Shown: piece after piece, positions 57,651-64,000 of the stretch
How the letters are laid out: each line of letters begins with the position of its first letter
Position numbering within the stretch: the stretch's first letter is position 1
Assembly: GCA_963716255.1 (NCBI GenBank)
Contig: OY970303.1
Coordinates: forward strand, 3,456,001-3,520,000
Length of the DNA stretch: 64,000 nt
Direction: 5' to 3'
From: an uncultured Gemmatimonadales bacterium
Lineage (GTDB): Bacteria; Gemmatimonadota; Gemmatimonadetes; Longimicrobiales; Longimicrobiaceae
Made by a program: the position numbers and the translations under genes
Notes under the pieces: model-generated
Database searches by the model: none
What the model was told of the DNA's origin: nothing
Seen by the model: the letters and a program-made list of their open reading frames with translations, nothing else

Positions 57651-59480
57651 ATGAACATCACCCACCTCGATGGTCCGGGCCTCCGCGGCGCACTGATCGC
57701 CGCGTCGGACTACGTCCAGCGCAACCGCGCCGAGCTCAACCGGATCAACGTCTTCCCCGTCCCGGACGGGGACACCGGCACCAACCTGGCTCTCACCGTC
57801 TCCTCCATCGCCGACCACCTCAAGGCCAACCAGGACGCATCCGTGGGCGCCGTCGCCCGGCACGCGGCGGAGGCGGGGATCATGGGCGCCCGCGGCAACT
57901 GCGGGATGATCCTGTCCCACTTCCTCCTGGGCTTCAGCGACGCGGTGGGCGACCGGCCGCACCTGGGGGTCGCGGAGTTCGGCCAGGCGCTGCGCAGCGC
58001 CACCGAGCACGTGTACCGGGCGCTGGAAAAGCCGGTGGAGGGCACCATGATCACCATCATGCGCGCCGTGGCGGACGAGGCGGAGCGCCTGCAGCACTCG
58101 GACTTCGTGGTGCTCTTCGAGCGCCTGCTGGTGAAGGCGCGCGAGGCGCTGGCGAACACCCCGGAGCTGCTCCCGGCGCTCAAGGGCGCGGGGGTGGTGG
58201 ACGCGGGCGCCAAGGGGTTCGTGCACATCCTGGAGGGGATCTCGGCCTTCATCTCGGGCGACCCGCTCACGGCGCTGGAGGAGATGCCGGTGTACGACGC
58301 GGAGCCCCCCCTGGCCGCGGCGGGGGTGGACTACCCCACGGAAAGCGAGGTCTACCGCTTCTGCACGGAGGCGCTGGTGCGCGGCCGCGACCTGCCCACC
58401 TCGGACGCGGTGCGGGCCGTGCTGCGCGAGCGCGGCGACTCGCTGGTGGTGATCCGCACGGATGCGCTGATCAAGGTCCACATCCACACGGACGAGCCGG
58501 AAGGGGTCTTCGACTACCTGCGCACGCTGGGCGAGCTGGCGACGCACAAGGCGGAGGACATGCAGGCGCAGCATGCCGCCATGGGCCGCGCCGCGGCGGC
58601 CGGGCACATGGTGCTGGCCCGCCGCCCCATCTCGGTGGTGGCGGACACGGCGTGCGACCTCCCCGAAGAGATCGTGCGCGCCCACGGTATGAACCTGGTG
58701 CCGCTCAACCTGATCTTCGGCGACCAGGTGCTGCGCGACCGCCTCGACATCTCGGCGGACGCCTTCGCGGAGCGGCTCAAGGAGGGGGCGCACCCCAGCA
58801 CCTCGCAGCCGGCGCCCGCGGCCTTCCTCAAGGCGTACGAGCGCGCCGGGGAGGACGGCGAGGCCGTCGTGGCGATCCTCCTGTCGTCCGCGCTCTCGGG
58901 GACCTTCGCCTCGGCGCAGGCGGCCATGCGGCAGCGCCCGGCCGGCTCCACCCCCATCCACCTGGTGGACTCGCGCGGCGGGTCGCTGCTCCAGGGGCTG
59001 CTGGCGCTCAAGGCGTCGGAGCTGGGGGAGATGGCGTGGGAGCCGGAGCGCATCGTGGCGGAGCTGGGCCGCATCCGCGACCAGTCGGGCTTCTTCATCC
59101 ACCTGGACACCTTCGAGCGAGCACTGGCATCGGGGCGGGTGGGGCGCGGCCGGGCCTGGCTGGGCAGCCTGCTGGACATCAAGCCGGTGCTGGACATCGA
59201 CCCGGAAGGGAAGCTGGTGCCCATCGCCAAGGTGCGCGGCCGCAGGAGCGTGCTCCCCAAGATGATGGAGATCCTGGAGCAGAAGGTCCCGAAGACCACC
59301 AGGAAGGTGCGCTTCGGGGTGATGCACGTGGCCTGTCCGGAGGCGGTGGAGGAGGTGTGCCACGAGATCCGCAGGCGCTACGGCCGCGACCGCGAGATCA
59401 TCGTGGGCCCCGGCACGCCGATCATCGCCACGCACGCCGGCGAGGGGGCGTGGGGGATCGCGTACCTGGTGGAGGACTGA
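57651..59480 (+). CDS. DAK2-DegV fusion (fatty acid kinase FakA/FakB-like)
   Basis: INVFPVPDGDTGTN, GARGNCG, PVEGTMIT, VVDAGA, KVHIHT; DegV PSTSQP, SSALSGT, HAGEG. Confidence 0.92.
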   Translation: MNITHLDGPGLRGALIAASDYVQRNRAELNRINVFPVPDGDTGTNLALTVSSIADHLKANQDASVGAVARHAAEAGIMGARGNCGMILSHFLLGFSDAVGDRPHLGVAEFGQALRSATEHVYRALEKPVEGTMITIMRAVADEAERLQHSDFVVLFERLLVKAREALANTPELLPALKGAGVVDAGAKGFVHILEGISAFISGDPLTALEEMPVYDAEPPLAAAGVDYPTESEVYRFCTEALVRGRDLPTSDAVRAVLRERGDSLVVIRTDALIKVHIHTDEPEGVFDYLRTLGELATHKAEDMQAQHAAMGRAAAAGHMVLARRPISVVADTACDLPEEIVRAHGMNLVPLNLIFGDQVLRDRLDISADAFAERLKEGAHPSTSQPAPAAFLKAYERAGEDGEAVVAILLSSALSGTFASAQAAMRQRPAGSTPIHLVDSRGGSLLQGLLALKASELGEMAWEPERIVAELGRIRDQSGFFIHLDTFERALASGRVGRGRAWLGSLLDIKPVLDIDPEGKLVPIAKVRGRRSVLPKMMEILEQKVPKTTRKVRFGVMHVACPEAVEEVCHEIRRRYGRDREIIVGPGTPIIATHAGEGAWGIAYLVED

Positions 59481-59489
59481 AACTGCCTG

Positions 59490-59622
59490 GTTCGGGCGTG
59501 TCCCCGGCTGGCGCCGGGGTCGGGCTTCGGCTCCGTAACGCAGCAAACAACGCTGCGTAACGGAGTCGAGCCCCGGCGAACAGCCGCCGGGTCTCGCCCC
59601 TTCGGGCCAAAATCCCTCACGC
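59490..59622 (-). repeat. Structured intergenic repeat family 1, copy H
   Basis: Reverse complement nearly identical to copies E and I; adjacent to the REP-like hairpin at ~59651-59703. Confidence 0.9.
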
Positions 59623-59869
59623 GGGGATCGCGCTGGCGTCCGTGGGTTTGGGCCCCCTCACCCCCCGCTCCCCTCTCCCCCGCAAGCGGGGGAAAGGGGG
59701 AGAACCGCACGGCAGCCCTGCCTTCAGCGCCTTGCCGATGCCACGGGGAGCCTGATCTACGCGGATTCCGCGTGAGTCCGCCCGGCGGGCGGGCTGGAGA
59801 GAAAGACAGGGCCCTTCCGAACGGAGGGGCCCTGTTCTTTCGCGTGGGGAGGGGAGCCGCCCGTGGCGG

Positions 59870-60925
59870 TCACCCCACGCCGAGCGGGGCGCGGCCGTGG
59901 TCGTCGGCAGCCGCCCCCGGTCCCTCATCCGCGGTGGAAGCGGAGCCGGGTGCGGCGGACTCGTGCTGGGGGGCGCCCTGGCCGGACAGGACCCGGAACC
60001 TGTCCTCGCCCACGTCGCGCAGCCACCGGTCGCACGCCCTCCGGAAATCGCTCGCGAAGCGCGCGTCTAGCTCCTGGCGCCACCCGCCGACCCTGCCCTG
60101 GCGGATGAAGCCCGTCCCGGCGGGAGGGGCGGCCGGCTTGGGGAGCATCCGCCGCTCGATGGCGAACCTGGATTCGTGCTCGCGCATGAAGGCGAACGAG
60201 CACCGTTCCAGGATCCTGGGCATGTCGGCGGGGTCGATGGCGATTCCGCAGAAGCCGGCGATGCGCCTGATCCCCGCTTCCAGGTCGGCGCTCAGCTCCT
60301 CGTAGTTGACCACCAGCAGGTTCAGGCCCTGATCGTTGCGGAGCCACCCCGCCACGTGCTTGAACCAGCTGCCGTAGGGGACCCGGCCCGCCATGAACCG
60401 GCGGAGGAACTCGTCGCGCGGCCGCTGGTTCCGCGGCGGCCACTTGCGGGACTGGTGAAAATAGGAGACCGCGACGTCCAGCCCGTTCCGGGTGCCGTAG
60501 ATGTACCGCCCCGGCCCCTTGGGGATGTCGCGGTAGGACAGGTGGCTCTTGACGACGCGCGGCGTTCCCGGCAGGTCGGAGATCCTGCGGCCCATGGGAA
60601 CCAGGGTCTCTTCCAGGTGGGGCGAGACCTCGTCGATGTGGGCGAACTCGATCTCCCCGTCGGTGGTGAGCTGGTAGACGATCATCTGGATCCACGTGGT
60701 CCCCGACTTGGGGTACGTGACGATGAAGAGGTCGTCCGGCGATCCTTCGTAGACCAGCCTGTACCGGAGGGTGCTCAGCTTGAGGTACGCGAGCTCGAGC
60801 CGCATGATGGACGGCCGGAGGATGGAGTTGCCGATGAACCGGAGCAGCTGCACCATCCGGCCGACGAGCGAAAGCGTCCAGCCGACGAGCGCGGCGGGGA
60901 TCCTGCGCGGGCGCATCCGACGCAT
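59870..60925 (-). CDS. PAPS-dependent sulfotransferase (Sulfotransfer_1)
   Basis: FIVTYPKSGTTW (5'-PSB), VVKSHL, RNGLDVAVSYF, FIRQGRVGGW; start uncertain. Confidence 0.9.
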   Translation of the reverse strand: MRRMRPRRIPAALVGWTLSLVGRMVQLLRFIGNSILRPSIMRLELAYLKLSTLRYRLVYEGSPDDLFIVTYPKSGTTWIQMIVYQLTTDGEIEFAHIDEVSPHLEETLVPMGRRISDLPGTPRVVKSHLSYRDIPKGPGRYIYGTRNGLDVAVSYFHQSRKWPPRNQRPRDEFLRRFMAGRVPYGSWFKHVAGWLRNDQGLNLLVVNYEELSADLEAGIRRIAGFCGIAIDPADMPRILERCSFAFMREHESRFAIERRMLPKPAAPPAGTGFIRQGRVGGWRQELDARFASDFRRACDRWLRDVGEDRFRVLSGQGAPQHESAAPGSASTADEGPGAAADDHGRAPLGVG

Positions 60926-61122
60926 GCCGGGTCTTCCTGTGGATGGAGGCGTGCCGCGCGCGCCGCGCACGTTCCGCCGAACGTGGGCGTCCGCAGTTTC
61001 CCGCGCAGGCGTGGAGGGAGCGGCCCGAACGATATGTGACCCGTTTTACCTCGTCAACCGGCGCCCGCGCTCCCATCCTGCTTGCGGGTGTGGCCCCTCC
61101 CCGCGGACGCCAGCGCGATGCC

Positions 61123-61253
61123 GCGTGAGGGATTCCGGCCCGAAGGGGCGAGACCCCGCGGCCGTTTGTGGGGGCTCGACTCCGTTACGCAGCGTTGTTT
61201 GCTGCGTTACGGAGCCGAAGCCCGACCCCGCGCCAGCGGGGGCACGCCCAAAC
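61123..61253 (+). repeat. Structured intergenic repeat family 1, copy I
   Basis: GCGTGAGGGATTCCGGC...GGCACGCCCAAAC. Confidence 0.9.
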
Positions 61254-61338
61254 CAGCAGTACCAATCGCAACCCGGTACGGCATGTGCTCCGTCCCGCCG
61301 CACGCGTTTCGCTCAAACCCAACCGAGGTAAACGACCG

Positions 61339-64000
61339 ATGGCGGCGACGGACCCACTCTGGAAGGTGGACGACCAGGCGCGGCGGCTCGCGGAGCTGAC
61401 CGGCGACGACCCGGCGCTCAAGGAGGCGCCGCTGCGGCGGGACGTGCGCTCGCTGGGGATGATCCTGGGCGAGACCATCCGCGAGCAGGAGGGCGACGCG
61501 CTCTTCCGCGCGGTGGAGGAGCTGCGCGCCCTGGCGATCGCGCACCGGGAGGAGGCGGCGGAGGAGGACGACGAGCGCATGCGGCGGGCGGAGCGGATCG
61601 TGTCCGGGATGGGGGTTCGGGAGGCGTACGGGCTGACGCGGGCGTTCTCCACCTACTTCGAGCTCACCAACCTGGCGGAGACGGCGCACCGCCAGCGCCG
61701 CCGCCGCGCCTCGCGGCTGCACGCGGACCGGGCGCCGCAGCCGGGGACCTTCCTGGGGACGCTGCTGAGGCTGCGGGGCGCCGGGGTGGACCGCGCGGCG
61801 GCGCTGGAGCTGCTGGGCCGCGTCCTGGTGGTTCCCGTGTTCACGGCCCACCCCACGGAGGTGTCGCGGCGCACGACGCTCTTCAAGCGGCGGCGGATCG
61901 CGGAGGCGCTGGAGCGGCTGGACGTGCTCCCCCTGCCGGACGCGGAGGCGGCGGAGCAGGAGGCGGCGATCGCGGCGGAGGTGGCGGCGCTCTGGCAGAC
62001 GGACGAGGTGCGCCGCAGCAGCCCCAGGGTGCTGGACGAGGTGAAGATGGGGCTGGACTACTACCCGGGGGTGCTGGTTCCCACCATCCCGGAGCTGTAC
62101 GCGGAGATGGCGGACGCCTTCCGGCGGGTGTACGGCGAGCCGCTTCCGCCGCGCGCGCTGCCCATCGTGGTGAGGTTCGGGTCGTGGATCGGGGGGGACC
62201 GCGACGGCAACCCGTTCGTGACGCCGGAGGTGACGCGCGCGGCGCTCCGCCTGGCGCGCGAGACGCTGCTGGACCGCTACGTGGAGCTGCTGGAGGAACT
62301 GACGGAGCGGCTGAGCGCGTCCACGCACCAGGCCCCGGTTTCGCCGGAGCTGCGGGCGGCGCTGGAGCGCTACGCGGGGACCGTCCCCTCGCTGGACCCG
62401 GCGCCGGAGAGCCGCGCCCCGGCCGAGGTGTACCGCCGCTTCCTGGGCTACGTGGGCTGGCGGGTGCGGGCGGCGCGCGACGGGGCGGATGCCCGGGCGT
62501 ACCCGGACCCGGGGGCGCTCCTGGCGGACCTGCGCCTGGTGCGCGACAGCCTGGCGGCGCACCGCGGGGAGCGGCTGGCGGCGCGGCTGCTGGACCCGCT
62601 GCTGCGGCAGGTGGCAACCTTCGGCTTTCACCTGCACGCGCTGGACGTGCGGCAGCACGCCCGCGTCCACGCGCGCGCGATGGAGGAGCTGTTCGGCGCG
62701 GCGGGGGGCGGGGCGCTCCCCGGGGCGCCCTCGGAAGACACGCTGAAGCTGCTGGACACGCTGCGCGCGGTGGCGGAGGTGAAGCGCGCGTACCCGCCGG
62801 AGGCGGTGCGCACGTACGTGATCAGCGGCGCCACCTCGGCGGAGGACGTGCTGGCGGTGGCGCGGCTGGCGGAGCTGGCGGGGGTGCGGGTGGCGGCGGC
62901 GGAGGGCGACCCGGGGCTGATGCCGGTGCCGCTCTTCGAGTCCATCGAGGACCTGCGCGCCTGCCCGGAGATCTGCCGCGCATTGTGGACGCGGCCGGAC
63001 TACGCGCGGCTGCTGGATTCGTGGGGGCGGCGGCAGGAGGTGATGCTGGGCTACTCCGATTCCAACAAGGACGGGGGGATGCTCACCAGCACCTGGGAGA
63101 TCTTCAAGGCGCACCGGGCGCTTCACGGCGTGGCGCGGGAGTGCGGGGTGACGCTGCGCCTCTTCCACGGTCGCGGCGGCACGGTGGGGCGGGGTGGAGG
63201 GCCCACGCACCGGGCGATCAGCGCGCAGCCCATGGGCGCCTTCGAGGGCGAGCTGAAGATCACGGAGCAGGGCGAGGTGCTGAACTGGAAGTACGCGGAC
63301 CCGGTGCTGGCGGAGCGCAACCTGGAGCTGATGGTGGCGGCGTCGCTGGGAGCGCTGGCGCCGCCGGCGGGCCCCGCGCCGGAGCGGGCGGAGCGCTGGG
63401 AGGCGGCGATGGACGCGATGTCGGCGGACGCGTTCGCCTTCTACCGCGAGCGGATCGCGGAGAACCCGGACGTGCTCCCCTACTTCCAGCAGGCCACGCC
63501 GGTGGGCGAGCTGGAGAACGCGCGCATCGGCTCGCGGCCGGCGCGGCGCGGGGAGAGCCGCGGGCTGGAGGACCTGCGCGCCATCCCCTGGGTGTTCGGG
63601 TGGATGCAGAGCCGCCACGTGCTGCCGGCCTGGTTCGGGGTGGGGTGGGCGATGGAGCGCTTCGCGGGGCGCGGCGAGGCGGAGGCGACCCTGCTGCGGG
63701 AGATGCTGGAGGGCTTCCCCCTGTTCGAGGACCTGGTGCGCAACGTGGAGGTGGGGATGGCGAAGGCGGACCTGCCCATCGCCCGCCGCTACGCGGAGCT
63801 GGTGCCGGACGAGGCGCTTCGCGAGCGGGTCTTCGGGATGGTGGCGGAGGAGTTCGAGCGCACCCGCCGCATGGTGCTGCGCGTCACCGGCCAGGCGGAG
63901 CTGCTGGAGGGGAACCCGGTGCTCGCCCGCTCCATCGTGCTGCGCAACCCCTACGTGGACCCGCTCAGCCTGATCCAGGTGAGCCTGCTGCGCCGCAAGC
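61339..64000 (+). CDS. ppc: Phosphoenolpyruvate carboxylase (runs off the window end; absent from the ORF track)
   Basis: Read from the sequence: VFTAHPTEV, GSWIGGDRDGNP, VMLGYSDSNKDGG, FHGRGGTVGRGG, LRAIPW, LRNPYVDP. Confidence 0.96.
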   Translation, partial: MAATDPLWKVDDQARRLAELTGDDPALKEAPLRRDVRSLGMILGETIREQEGDALFRAVEELRALAIAHREEAAEEDDERMRRAERIVSGMGVREAYGLTRAFSTYFELTNLAETAHRQRRRRASRLHADRAPQPGTFLGTLLRLRGAGVDRAAALELLGRVLVVPVFTAHPTEVSRRTTLFKRRRIAEALERLDVLPLPDAEAAEQEAAIAAEVAALWQTDEVRRSSPRVLDEVKMGLDYYPGVLVPTIPELYAEMADAFRRVYGEPLPPRALPIVVRFGSWIGGDRDGNPFVTPEVTRAALRLARETLLDRYVELLEELTERLSASTHQAPVSPELRAALERYAGTVPSLDPAPESRAPAEVYRRFLGYVGWRVRAARDGADARAYPDPGALLADLRLVRDSLAAHRGERLAARLLDPLLRQVATFGFHLHALDVRQHARVHARAMEELFGAAGGGALPGAPSEDTLKLLDTLRAVAEVKRAYPPEAVRTYVISGATSAEDVLAVARLAELAGVRVAAAEGDPGLMPVPLFESIEDLRACPEICRALWTRPDYARLLDSWGRRQEVMLGYSDSNKDGGMLTSTWEIFKAHRALHGVARECGVTLRLFHGRGGTVGRGGGPTHRAISAQPMGAFEGELKITEQGEVLNWKYADPVLAERNLELMVAASLGALAPPAGPAPERAERWEAAMDAMSADAFAFYRERIAENPDVLPYFQQATPVGELENARIGSRPARRGESRGLEDLRAIPWVFGWMQSRHVLPAWFGVGWAMERFAGRGEAEATLLREMLEGFPLFEDLVRNVEVGMAKADLPIARRYAELVPDEALRERVFGMVAEEFERTRRMVLRVTGQAELLEGNPVLARSIVLRNPYVDPLSLIQVSLLRRK

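Noticed and set aside
61207..63618. 803-aa minus-strand ORF
   Set aside because: It is the antisense shadow of ppc, which the track missed because ppc has no stop inside the window.

Overview
A very GC-rich bacterial window. The 16S and gene content suggest Gemmatimonadota, Longimicrobium-like; this is an inference, not a database result. It holds about 50 CDSs, mostly housekeeping or accessory. These include an 8-gene chemosensory operon (cheA-cheY-cheW-MCP-HEAT-cheR-cheB-hybrid kinase), an ArsR/methyltransferase regulator plus ahcY, a class A PBP, a DAK2-DegV fusion, arsS, a BrnT/BrnA pair with a frameshifted toxin, and a ppc gene that runs off the end of the window. There is also one complete 16S-23S-5S rRNA operon with no ITS tRNA and four tandem sigma70-type promoters. 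Two things stand out. (1) Two paralogous, lower-GC cassettes each pair a ~430-aa TPR-like protein with a convergent small lipoprotein-type precursor that carries a duplicated [LF]GSG[NA] motif. This is a candidate Rap/Phr- or RRNPP-like peptide signalling system in a diderm. (2) A ~130-nt multi-stem intergenic repeat occurs nine times with extensive compensatory base changes, and a related hairpin family occurs twice. Smaller oddities are a secreted 6-Cys mini-protein and a 15-nt perfect match to the 16S 3' end next to the second TPR cassette. All calls come from visual motif recognition only.
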